Positions 1 through 8,314 of a stretch of DNA of 64,000 bases are shown in pieces (position 1 is the first letter of the stretch; the number at the start of each line of letters is the position of its first letter). Position numbers and translations under genes: made by a program. Origin of the DNA: Bacteroidales bacterium. Lineage in GTDB: Bacteria; Bacteroidota; Bacteroidia; Bacteroidales; GCA-2748055. Under the pieces are notes generated by a model, which did not search any database, was not told the DNA's origin, and was given only the letters and a program-made list of their open reading frames with translations. Location: NCBI GenBank assembly GCA_030589895.1, contig JAUUZQ010000006.1:898-64897 (forward strand). The letters are read 5' to 3'.

Positions 1-1
1 C

Positions 2-331
2 TTGTTAGAGTTTACTATCTTTAAGATACCAACAATAACTAAAACTATGACTCCAAAAAAAGCAATGGTTAAGAACGTTCAGTCGTCGGTTAAGTCTGGA
101 GAAGTAACTCCCCGTACTGAAACTCAAGATAAGGAGGAATATGATCTTGAAAAGTTAGCTAAGTTCCAGTTAAAAGTTGCCCAAAAACAAATAAGCATTG
201 CTGAAGACCATTTGAAGGTGGCAAAGTCCACAAACACTTTACTCACCTGGATTGCTATACCGTTTATAATATCGGTAGTAGTTGCTTTAGGTATTATTGT
301 ACTAGGTGGAATAGGATTTGCAAGTTTATAG
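2..331 (+). CDS. Hypothetical membrane protein (probably 5'-partial), cargo of the integrated element
   Basis: ORF at the window edge with a charged helix and a C-terminal hydrophobic stretch (LLTWIAIPFIISVVVALGIIVLGGIGF); converges on the integrase. Confidence 0.5.
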   Translation: MLEFTIFKIPTITKTMTPKKAMVKNVQSSVKSGEVTPRTETQDKEEYDLEKLAKFQLKVAQKQISIAEDHLKVAKSTNTLLTWIAIPFIISVVVALGIIVLGGIGFASL

Positions 332-332
332 G

Positions 333-1505
333 CTAACTAAAGAAACTCAAGCTCTTCAACTCTATCCCAGCCTCCAATTCCCGTAGCTTAACATATCTCT
401 CGAAGCTAGAGAGGCTCTTGTGACCTGTTACTTTCATAACTACGTAAGGAGATACGCCTTCTAATATTAGATTGGTTGCAAGACTCCTCCGTGCTGTATG
501 TGTTGTTACAAGGTCATGTTTCTTTTCAGTCCTAATCTCCTTCTTACCGCCTCTGGTTATCCTTACTTCAATATCATCATTAATGTCGGCTCTCATGGCA
601 GCAACCTTTATGTAATCATTCATCTTCTGATTACTTGGTTTGGGTGGCAGGACGCCTTCATACTTATCTAATATCTGCTGCACATATGGATGCACTGGAA
701 TGATGCTTACCTCACCTGTCTTAGTCGCACGTATACTCATTGTACCATCTTTAATGGTTGATTGCTTCACCCGGTTCCAATCTTCAAACCTCAACCCAGT
801 AAAGGACCCAATAATAAAGTAGTCTCTAGCTTTCTCTAAATGGCCTGAGAGCTTCTTATTCATCATTCGACTTAACTCACCAACACTAAGATATATAGTG
901 TCTGCCTGCTCCATACGCTGCTTAAAATGCTTAAATGTAGCATTGTTGTGGTATTCCTCAACGAATGCTTTTGACATGACCGCTTTGATCAGTTTCCACT
1001 GGTTAGCAACGGTATTCGCAGCTAACTTGAGTGATAGCAGATAGTTATTATATGAGTTATAGAATCGCATATCTACAGCTGAGAAGGGGAGAGGCTTATT
1101 ATTTTGATATTTACAAAGGTGCTTATAACAAGTATTGTATGATTTCCAGTTAGAGCGCTCTTCCTGCTTTGCCTTTTCCTTAAAATCCTTGAAGTACTCT
1201 AAGAAATCTGAATACTCCTTTATAGAACTATTGTTAAGGAGTTTGCCTAGCTCATGTCGGACAACCTGTACAGAGTCTTCAGGGTATTTGATTAATGATT
1301 CTCCCAGAGTATTCTCATATCTCTTCATTTCATCAATAATATTACTTCCTAGGTAAGTAGCATTAACGTCCCTGGGTCTTGCTTTCTTCTTATTCCAGTC
1401 TGTAAGTTCTATCTTCAGTTTAGTAGAGACCTTAAGTGGAGTTGTAGGATTGATCCAATGATATAAATAGATGTATCCATTCGATTCACGTCTGAAAGTT
1501 GCCAT
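333..1505 (-). CDS. Tyrosine recombinase / phage-type integrase (Bacteroidetes arm-binding, SAM-like and catalytic domains)
   Basis: TGLRFED (Arg I), KT, HTARRSLATNL (HxxR), TGHKS..FERY (His/Tyr). Confidence 0.95.
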   Translation of the reverse strand: MATFRRESNGYIYLYHWINPTTPLKVSTKLKIELTDWNKKKARPRDVNATYLGSNIIDEMKRYENTLGESLIKYPEDSVQVVRHELGKLLNNSSIKEYSDFLEYFKDFKEKAKQEERSNWKSYNTCYKHLCKYQNNKPLPFSAVDMRFYNSYNNYLLSLKLAANTVANQWKLIKAVMSKAFVEEYHNNATFKHFKQRMEQADTIYLSVGELSRMMNKKLSGHLEKARDYFIIGSFTGLRFEDWNRVKQSTIKDGTMSIRATKTGEVSIIPVHPYVQQILDKYEGVLPPKPSNQKMNDYIKVAAMRADINDDIEVRITRGGKKEIRTEKKHDLVTTHTARRSLATNLILEGVSPYVVMKVTGHKSLSSFERYVKLRELEAGIELKSLSFFS

Positions 1506-1534
1506 TGTTTTGTGGTATTGGTTTACGCAAACCT

Positions 1535-1608
1535 ACCTACTAATTTTAGTCATGTCAACCTACTAATGTTGATAGCCTGTTAATAATTGGTAGGTTATTT
1601 GGTAGGTT
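1535..1608. repeat. Putative integrase arm-binding sites (two direct, two inverted)
   Basis: ACCTACTAAT at 1535 and 1558; TTGGTAGGTT at 1587 and 1599 (reverse complement AACCTACCAA). Confidence 0.6.
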
Positions 1609-1724
1609 AGTAGATAAATTCCGCCTTATCATACCACACTATTTTCGTTAAGCCTGTCCAACTGTTATAATAGTATATGCTCTAAGAATCATTACAGGCG
1701 TGGTTTCCCCCTCCCCTTTAAAGC

Positions 1725-1761
1725 AAAAAACCTCTGATCAATGAAGACCAGAGGTTGTTTT
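1725..1761 (-). terminator. Intrinsic terminator downstream of tRNA-Lys
   Basis: AACCTCTG...CAGAGGTT stem followed by a T-run on the minus strand. Confidence 0.7.
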
Positions 1762-1764
1762 GGG

Positions 1765-1840
1765 TGGTGATTCAGCTGAGGCTCGAACTCAGGACCCCCT
1801 CCTTAAAAGGGAGGTGCTCTACCAACTGAGCTACTGAATC
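1765..1840 (-). tRNA. tRNA-Lys(TTT), CCA encoded
   Basis: Reverse complement GATTCAGTAGCTCAGTTGGTAGAGCACCTCCCTTTTAAGGAGGGGGTCCTGAGTTCGAGCCTCAGCTGAATCACCA folds as a cloverleaf; anticodon loop CTTTTAA. Confidence 0.97.
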
Positions 1841-1867
1841 ATCCGTCTCGCTTTTGTAAAGCGGAGA

Positions 1868-1898
1868 CAAAGATAAAAACTAAATTTTTATATTCAAA
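1868..1898 (-). promoter_or_regulatory. Bacteroidetes housekeeping promoter for tRNA-Lys
   Basis: -7 element TATCTTTG (1875-1868) and -33 TTTG (1898-1895), 19 bp apart. Confidence 0.7.
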
Positions 1899-2019
1899 TA
1901 GTTTGTAAAGAAACATTTTTTAATTTTTACACATGCGCTGTAAGTGACTGAGAAACAGGCTACAGCATGTGTATTCATTTTGCATATTCCAGTCTTCAAA
2001 AATAATTTTCCAAAATTCT

Positions 2020-2045
2020 TGTAATAAATATAAGCACCAATCGTC
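2020..2045 (+). promoter_or_regulatory. Putative ECF-sigma promoter
   Basis: TGTAAT-N16-CGTC upstream of the DUF4252/ECF operon. Confidence 0.5.
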
Positions 2046-2104
2046 TCCTTCATAGAAACGTGAAAATGAATCATTCAAAACAAATACAAATTAAATTTAA
2101 ACAG

Positions 2105-2626
2105 ATGAAGAAAGTAACATTATTTCTAAGTGTAATATTGTTTTCTGTTATGGCTATGGCTCAGCAGACTACAATTGATAAAGTATTTAAAAAATACAGC
2201 GGACAAGAAGGGGTAACGACAGTTAATATCAGCCCTGAGCTATTCCAGATTATTTCAGATATGGATGTCAGTGAGATTGCCGGAGCAGATGTTCCCATGG
2301 ATAAACTGACAGCACTGAAGGTACTTGTCATTGAAAATCCTGAAATATTAAAGGGAAATGACTTCTTTGCCGAGGTGACAACAAATTTGAACACAAGCGA
2401 TTATGCAGAAGTTCTTACTGTTCAGGATGGTGATGAAGATGTGCGTATGTGGATGAAGACTGAAGGGAAGCAGATCCTGGAGTTTCTTCTTGTCGTCTCT
2501 TCGCCAGGTGAGGGTGTGCTGGTATATATTACCGGAGACTTCAACCTGAATGATATAGAGGGTCTTGCAGAATCATTTGGTGGATTTGATGGTATTGATG
2601 GCTTAGATAATCTTCAGATTAACTAA
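2105..2626 (+). CDS. DUF4252 family exported protein
   Basis: Signal peptide, then 'IDKVFKKYSGQEGVTTVNIS'; paralog of 3754..4266; start moved to ATG 2105. Confidence 0.85.
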   Translation: MKKVTLFLSVILFSVMAMAQQTTIDKVFKKYSGQEGVTTVNISPELFQIISDMDVSEIAGADVPMDKLTALKVLVIENPEILKGNDFFAEVTTNLNTSDYAEVLTVQDGDEDVRMWMKTEGKQILEFLLVVSSPGEGVLVYITGDFNLNDIEGLAESFGGFDGIDGLDNLQIN

Positions 2627-2657
2627 CTTGTAAGCTGAATCTATAAAAGCTTTTTGC

Positions 2658-3176
2658 ATGAGGTCCTCTGACTTTAAACTAATGGTATTGCCCTACAGTT
2701 CGCGCTTGTACCGATTGGCATTTAGCTTATTGAGAAGCAAGGAGGAGGCTGAGGATATCGTGCAGGAAGTTTACATGAAACTCTGGAAGATGCGGGATGA
2801 CCTTCCAAAATACAACAGCATCGAAGGTCTGAGCGTTAAAATAACCAGGAATATGTGCCTGGATCTATTAAGAAGAAGAAAAACCACCCTTGAGATCATA
2901 AAGGAGGAGGGAAGAAGCAAGGAAAACGAATTTAGTGCTGATCCATCTAAAGATCTTGAGAAAAAAGAGCGATCAGAATTAATACATAGTTTAATAAACC
3001 AACTGCCTGAACCACAGAAATCCCTGGTCTATTTCCGACATATTGAAGGAAAAGAATACAATGAAATATCTGAACTGATGGAGATGAATGAAAACGCAAT
3101 CAGAGTGAGCATATCCAGGGCAAGAAAACAGCTACGTGAAATGTTACAAACACAATATTCCTCATGGATAAATTAA
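2658..3176 (+). CDS. ECF RNA polymerase sigma factor
   Basis: Region 2 'EEAEDIVQEVYMKLW' and region 4 'EYNEISELMEMNENAIRVSISRARKQL'. Confidence 0.95.
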   Translation: MRSSDFKLMVLPYSSRLYRLAFSLLRSKEEAEDIVQEVYMKLWKMRDDLPKYNSIEGLSVKITRNMCLDLLRRRKTTLEIIKEEGRSKENEFSADPSKDLEKKERSELIHSLINQLPEPQKSLVYFRHIEGKEYNEISELMEMNENAIRVSISRARKQLREMLQTQYSSWIN

Positions 3177-3730
3177 CCAGCATAAAAGAACTTCTCGATA
3201 AGTTCTACGAAGGGCAGACCAGCCTGGAGGAGGAGTTGCACCTGAAGGAGTACTTTCTCGGCGACAACATCCCTGAAGAGTTGCTTGAGGATAAAGAGCT
3301 TTTCGTATCGATAAGTGCAACCAGTGAACACATTGAGGTGCCTGATAATTTAAATAGCTCTCTTATTGAAGCAATTAGCTTTGCAGAACACAGAGAGTCG
3401 CGGGTGAAGAGAATCAATTTATATTCATTTTCCGGTTTGGCCGCCGGATTGGCCATCATCCTGGGAGTGTACTTTGCATTTTTACGTGACAATCCGACGG
3501 AAGTACTTGCAGAATATACAATTCAGGATGAAGAAGTGGCCTATCTGGAAGCCAAAAGGGCACTTACTTACGTCTCTGCGAAATTGAATAAAGGGACCGC
3601 CTCACTGGAACCCCTTGGACAAGTGAACAGATCAATGAAAACCCTGGCACCTTTGAAGAAGATTTCAAGTGGCCGCAAGGAACTGCAGCTACTGGGGAAC
3701 GTAGAGAAGGCCGCTAATATAAAATTGTAA
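3164..3730 (+). CDS. Putative anti-sigma factor (single transmembrane helix)
   Basis: 'LLDKFYEGQTSLEEE' N-terminus, one TM helix, overlaps the sigma gene. Confidence 0.7.
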   Translation: MDKLTSIKELLDKFYEGQTSLEEELHLKEYFLGDNIPEELLEDKELFVSISATSEHIEVPDNLNSSLIEAISFAEHRESRVKRINLYSFSGLAAGLAIILGVYFAFLRDNPTEVLAEYTIQDEEVAYLEAKRALTYVSAKLNKGTASLEPLGQVNRSMKTLAPLKKISSGRKELQLLGNVEKAANIKL

Positions 3731-3753
3731 TAGGAAAACATAAAATATTTATC

Positions 3754-4266
3754 ATGAAAAAATTATTATTAAGTATCGTCCTTATCGCAGGAATCATGAC
3801 CATGAATGCACAGTCTCCTGTAGATAAAATTTTCGATAAGTATGCAGGAAAGGATGGATATACTACTGTTATAATAAACAGTTTTATGTTCAGATTGATC
3901 GCAAATCTGGATATAGATGATCCTGATTATAATGAGTTTAAAAAGGCCTCTGCAGGAATTGAATCTATAAAGATCTTAACCCAGGATGGTGGTAATTCAA
4001 AAAGCTTTGGCAAAGAGCTTATTGAAATTCTGCCCCGCAAAGAGTACAAAGAGTTAATGGTGGTGAAGGATGCAGAGGAGGAGGTGCTCTTTCTGGCAAG
4101 AGAAGAGGGAGGAATTATTACTGAGTTTCTGCTGATCGTTTCTGGAGATGATGGAGATGATGCACTGATCGTTTTCACCGGTAATATCGATCTGGAGAGT
4201 ATCGCAAGTATTTCGAAAGGGATGGATCTTCCCGCGATGGATAATCTTGAGGATTTCGATGAGTAA
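3754..4266 (+). CDS. DUF4252 family exported protein
   Basis: Signal peptide, 'VDKIFDKYAGKDGYTTV'. Confidence 0.85.
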   Translation: MKKLLLSIVLIAGIMTMNAQSPVDKIFDKYAGKDGYTTVIINSFMFRLIANLDIDDPDYNEFKKASAGIESIKILTQDGGNSKSFGKELIEILPRKEYKELMVVKDAEEEVLFLAREEGGIITEFLLIVSGDDGDDALIVFTGNIDLESIASISKGMDLPAMDNLEDFDE

Positions 4267-4315
4267 GTGGAATTAATAATACAACACTTTCTCCACCTTG
4301 TTCTTTTGCATCCAG

Positions 4316-4873
4316 TCAGTTAAGGTTTTTGTATTTTGAAGAGGGGGAGGCGAGTAGCTCGGGTCCATCGCCATTCATTTTGCTTTGCTCCTGAAGCAGT
4401 TCAAACAACTTTACGGTTGCAAGTGCATCTCCGGCTGCACGGTGACGATCTGTGATCTTAATGCCAAGATCCTTGCAAATCTTACCCAGACTATATGATT
4501 TATGTCCGGGTATAAGTTTTCGACTTAGTCTGACAGTACAAAGTACATCTCTGTTGTACTCAAAGCCCAGACGAGAGAACTCACTTTTAATAAATCCATA
4601 ATCGAAGCTAACATTGTGTCCCACAATAATGTGGTTCTCAGTTCTCTTAACGATCTCTTTGGCGATTTCAAAAAAGCGTGGGGAATTGGCAACCATTTCA
4701 TTGGTGATGCCGGTAAGTCCAGTGATAAAATAGGGAATATCTTTTTCAGGATTGATTAGGGTTGACCATTCATCAATTATCTGATTACCATCGTGAAAAA
4801 AAATAGCAATTTCAGTGATTTTTTCCGTTTTCGGACTTCCACCAGTGGTCTCAATATCAAGAATAGCATACAT
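4316..4873 (-). CDS. DEDDh 3'-5' exonuclease (DNA pol III epsilon-like), possibly C-terminally truncated
   Basis: DIETTG, GHNVSFD and HRAAGDA motifs. Confidence 0.85.
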   Translation of the reverse strand: MYAILDIETTGGSPKTEKITEIAIFFHDGNQIIDEWSTLINPEKDIPYFITGLTGITNEMVANSPRFFEIAKEIVKRTENHIIVGHNVSFDYGFIKSEFSRLGFEYNRDVLCTVRLSRKLIPGHKSYSLGKICKDLGIKITDRHRAAGDALATVKLFELLQEQSKMNGDGPELLASPSSKYKNLN

Positions 4874-4987
4874 CAGCAATCAAATTCTTTCTCCTCCCCA
4901 AATCTTTAACGAAGGGCGAGTCCTTCCTTATTAAGTGTTATACCTGCACATCAGGAAGATATTAGCTTCAAATCTTGAGGGATCTCC

Positions 4988-5494
4988 TTACTTTTCCTTC
5001 TTCTCTTTTTCAGCTGACTTGTCCTCTTTAGCGGTAGAAGGCTTGTCTTCTTTAGCTTTAGCAGTAGTGGTTTTCTTAGCAGCTGGCTTGTCCTTCGAAG
5101 CTTCAATGGAGGAGGACTTGTCCTCAGCAACCTTAGCAGTTGAGGGCTTTTTAGGAGCCGCTTTTTTTACAGGCTTGTCCTCGGTGGCTTTAACTTCCTT
5201 TGCTGCAGATGCTGCTTTTGGAGCGGTAGTCTCAGCTTTTACTTCCTTTGCTGCAGATGCTGCTTTTGGAGCAACAGTCTCAGCTTTTACTTCCTTCACT
5301 TCCTTTATTTCTTTCACTTCAGGTGCTTCAGCAACTACTTCTTTCTCAACAGCTTTTGTCTCTTCCTTAGCAGGTTTAACTTGTTTCTTAGCCGGGATTA
5401 TAACATTTGCTTTTTTGTCTTTTCTTGGACGTCTTACTCCGTAAGAACCACTAAATAATTTCCCTCTGCGTGTTTTGTTGTCTCCTTTTCCCAT
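4988..5494 (-). CDS. 30S ribosomal protein bTHX (bS31) with a long Lys/Ala/Glu-rich C-terminal extension
   Basis: N-terminus MGKGDNKTRRGKLFSGSYGVRRPRK matches the THX signature. Confidence 0.85.
   Translation of the reverse strand: MGKGDNKTRRGKLFSGSYGVRRPRKDKKANVIIPAKKQVKPAKEETKAVEKEVVAEAPEVKEIKEVKEVKAETVAPKAASAAKEVKAETTAPKAASAAKEVKATEDKPVKKAAPKKPSTAKVAEDKSSSIEASKDKPAAKKTTTAKAKEDKPSTAKEDKSAEKEKKEK
5187..5296. repeat. 48-bp tandem repeat (about 2.3 copies) in the bTHX tail
   Basis: Units at 5187 and 5235, partial unit at 5283; encodes AETxAPKAASAAKEVK. Confidence 0.85.
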
Positions 5495-5622
5495 ATCAGT
5501 TTATTATATTAATCGGATTTTCGCGTAAAACTAGCGATAATTTAGGGGATTCACAAGTGGAAGAAGAGTTGATAAGCAAAAGTTTAATGGCTTTTTTATC
5601 GCAGAGTTATGATGCCTCATTC

Positions 5623-6108
5623 CTATTCCTTCTCAATGAAAGTAATCGAAACTGAATTTACGCAGTGCCTGGTATTCTTCTCTGTATATTCCTCCCCTAA
5701 GAACACATGTCCCAGGTGTCCGTCACAATTGGCACAAATTATCTCAGTGCGCCTTCCATCAGCATCAAGCTCCTTTTTTATAGCTCCTTCAATCTCATCA
5801 TCGAAGCTTGGCCAGCCACAGTGGCTATCGAATTTATCATCCGATTTGTATAAAGGTGCGTTACACTGTTTACATACATACACCCCTTTTTCATCATGCT
5901 CCACATATTTTCCTGTAAATGCTCTCTCTGTTCCTTTATTAAGGATCACAAATTCCTCGAATTCAGTTAGTTTATTATATTTCATCGGATCTTCTATTGT
6001 ATTTTCCTGTGTTAATTTTACATCCTTAACATTGCTTTTTTCTTGTCCATATGCATTTAAAATGAAGGCTGTTAATATAAATGAAAGGATTATTATTTTG
6101 TATCTCAT
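5623..6108 (-). CDS. msrB: Methionine-R-sulfoxide reductase with signal peptide
   Basis: GTERAF, CxxC, GWPSF, GHLGHVF, RHCVNS. Confidence 0.93.
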   Translation of the reverse strand: MRYKIIILSFILTAFILNAYGQEKSNVKDVKLTQENTIEDPMKYNKLTEFEEFVILNKGTERAFTGKYVEHDEKGVYVCKQCNAPLYKSDDKFDSHCGWPSFDDEIEGAIKKELDADGRRTEIICANCDGHLGHVFLGEEYTEKNTRHCVNSVSITFIEKE

Positions 6109-6160
6109 TCTGAAATTTTATCGTATTTAAGCTTCTAATCTGAATACTAATAAATAACAA

Positions 6161-6328
6161 TTAAAGAGTAATTTGGTTCGGGAAGCACAGAGAGAGTGCA
6201 GTGATTCCGGTCTTGTCCAATATCCAGATCGCTGTTAATCTCCTTTTTCTTTTCCCAGGAATCGTATATCTTCTAAACCCTTCCAAGAAATCGTTTTTTA
6301 ATTCTTTGGCTTCTTCTTTTGTGTACAT
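6161..6328 (-). pseudogene. N-terminal fragment of a DUF4268-like protein
   Basis: MYTKEEAKELKNDF...WILDKTGI..LSL.F resembles the family N-terminus but ends after about 55 aa. Confidence 0.5.
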
Positions 6329-6415
6329 ATGGAATAAAGATAGGGAATACATTTTTTTTCTATCTTCAAATCCACGAATTATTTTTGATTGGTATTATTT
6401 GAAATTCTGCATACT

Positions 6416-6918
6416 ATGCCTGAAAAACTTGGTTACGACTATATTATTATTGGTTCCGGATTTGGAGGTTCTGTTTCTGCACATCGTCTTACTGAAAAGG
6501 GCTATAGCGTACTTGTCATTGAAAAGGGAAAGGAATGGAAGAGTGAAGACTTTCCTAAGTCCAACTGGAAACTTCGCAAGTGGTTGTGGCTGCCTGGATT
6601 TCGTTTTTTTGGTTTCTTTAAGATGACATTTTTGCGTCATGTTGGTATTTTAATGGCGAGGGACCAGAACGCGAAGGATGCTCATTTTGCGGAGGTTGCA
6701 TGACAGGTTGCAGACACAATGCACATATACTGGGTGGTTGTGTTATTGGGACAGATGCTGGTAATGGAGTGATTGACAAAGATCAAAGGGTCTTTGGATA
6801 TGAGAACATGCTGGTTTGTGATGGTTCCGCTATCTCTGCTAATCCGGGTGTAAATCCAGCACTCACCATTACAGCCATGAGTGAATTCGCAATGAGCAAA
6901 ATTCCCATTAATTCATAA
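6416..6918 (+). pseudogene. GMC oxidoreductase (cholesterol oxidase-like) with two internal deletions
   Basis: N-terminal GSGFGG FAD motif; middle segment [26 protein letters not shown] in another frame; C-terminal HILGG...[10 protein letters not shown]. Confidence 0.85.
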
Positions 6919-6976
6919 GCCCCCGAAGTCGCTTACTTTTTTTGTAAGAAAGTGGGAGTGGAGAAGTAAAACTTAA

Positions 6977-7867
6977 TCAATATATAACCAACACATCCTT
7001 CTTTTTTAATTCCTCGATCTGTTTATCCGGAATTTTGTTTCCAAACAAGTTGACATATTCCAGGTGCTCCAGATTTAATAGAGGAGTGATGTCGTTGATC
7101 TCATTTCCCGAGAGATCAAGTATTCTTAGATTCAGGAGGTTGCTTAGTGCATCAATATAACCAATGTGGTTGTTTGAGAGATATAGTTCCTGGAGTCCTA
7201 AAAGTGTCCATAGCTCAGATATATCTGTGAGAATATTTCTCGAAAGATCCAGTGTGATGACATGCTTGCAATGCTCTATCCCATCTAAATACTCTATACC
7301 ACATTCTGCAAATTCGAGGTCATCAAAATCCTGAAGATAATAGGGAGGGAATTCCCGGTTCAGATTTCCGTATACTCTTATTTTAACGGCATTAAAGAAG
7401 TTCTTTTCATAATCGCCGTCTTCCATTGTATTGCTGTCAAACTGCTCCCTGTACTGCTCTTCAGAGTCAAAAACATAGTTAAATCCACCCTGTGATGGAT
7501 CCCATTCGTATTCCGGCTCAAATTCAAAATCCTCACAGACTATGGATTCAGATATATCTATTTTATCCAGTAATAATATGTGTGAAAAGGATTCCAGTTC
7601 TTCTGATTCACCTTCTTTGTGAATTTTATCAATTGCTTTTCGATAAATTTCCGCCTTATCAGGGTGGTATAGCATGATGAGTTTAGAGAAACACTTTGTA
7701 TCGCTCTCTTCGTTTATTGGAATATGATTTGAGATACGGTTTGCTATGGTTCTGATCTGACAAAAATTTTTCGCCTTGTACAATTCAATTAATTTCCCGG
7801 TTATCTCATTCAGATTCTCATCAGAATAGGCCTCTTTCAACTTTATATATAAATCCTTCGCACCCAT
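6977..7867 (-). CDS. Leucine-rich repeat protein with an N-terminal J-domain-like HPD motif
   Basis: 'FSKLIMLYHPDK'; LRRs LDLSRNIL, LYLSNNHI, LDLSGNEI, VNLFGNKI. Confidence 0.8.
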   Translation of the reverse strand: MGAKDLYIKLKEAYSDENLNEITGKLIELYKAKNFCQIRTIANRISNHIPINEESDTKCFSKLIMLYHPDKAEIYRKAIDKIHKEGESEELESFSHILLLDKIDISESIVCEDFEFEPEYEWDPSQGGFNYVFDSEEQYREQFDSNTMEDGDYEKNFFNAVKIRVYGNLNREFPPYYLQDFDDLEFAECGIEYLDGIEHCKHVITLDLSRNILTDISELWTLLGLQELYLSNNHIGYIDALSNLLNLRILDLSGNEINDITPLLNLEHLEYVNLFGNKIPDKQIEELKKKDVLVIY

Positions 7868-7884
7868 AGCCCAGCTTCAATGTT

Positions 7885-8073
7885 TTATTTTAGCTCCTTC
7901 TTTTTTCTTTGCATATAAGTTATGTTAAAGACAATTGATAAGCCGAAGAGAATTCCTGCAAGTATAGCTATCACGAGGTTATGATTCAGGAAAAAATAGT
8001 TTACTATGAAACTTATAAAACCCAGGATCATAGAAAATTGTCCGATTATAAGAAGTAAATTGTTATTTTTCAT
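7885..8073 (-). CDS. Small two-TM membrane protein
   Basis: 62 aa, two hydrophobic helices, basic C-terminus. Confidence 0.6.
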   Translation of the reverse strand: MKNNNLLLIIGQFSMILGFISFIVNYFFLNHNLVIAILAGILFGLSIVFNITYMQRKKKELK

Positions 8074-8314
8074 CTGGTTCTATTTTGGTTTTTCTAATTT
8101 CAGCCAGTTGTGTTTTTATTGCTTCCCCCATTCTTCCTCCAGATAGCTAGCGGGACCTTTTCTTTCTTTTCCCCCTTCTACCTCCCAATACTATCGGGAC
8201 CCCATTCTTCCTTCCCCTCAGATAACTTCCAATTCGAGATTAATGTTAGTAATAATCCATGAATTATTTACTTTTACTACTGTCAAAAATATCTAAAATT
8301 ATTAAATCCGATAT

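Larger units (their letters stand above)
1..1764. mobile_element. Right end of a prophage or integrative element inserted at the tRNA-Lys 3' end
   Basis: Integrase starts about 260 bp beyond the tRNA 3' end; repeated arm-like sites in between; the other att end is outside the window. Confidence 0.7.

Noticed and set aside
4316-4330. TGA readthrough or recoding at the exonuclease stop
   Set aside because: The downstream frame shows no GIY-YIG-like sequence and runs into the convergent gene; other genes here use TGA as a normal stop.
4935-6130. Plus-strand ORFs of 169 and 173 aa
   Set aside because: Antisense shadows of bTHX and msrB.
8063-8131. Minus-strand micro-ORF MGEAIKTQLAEIRKTKIEPDEK overlapping the start of the two-TM gene
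   Set aside because: Too short to assign; it could be a gene remnant, but there is no support.
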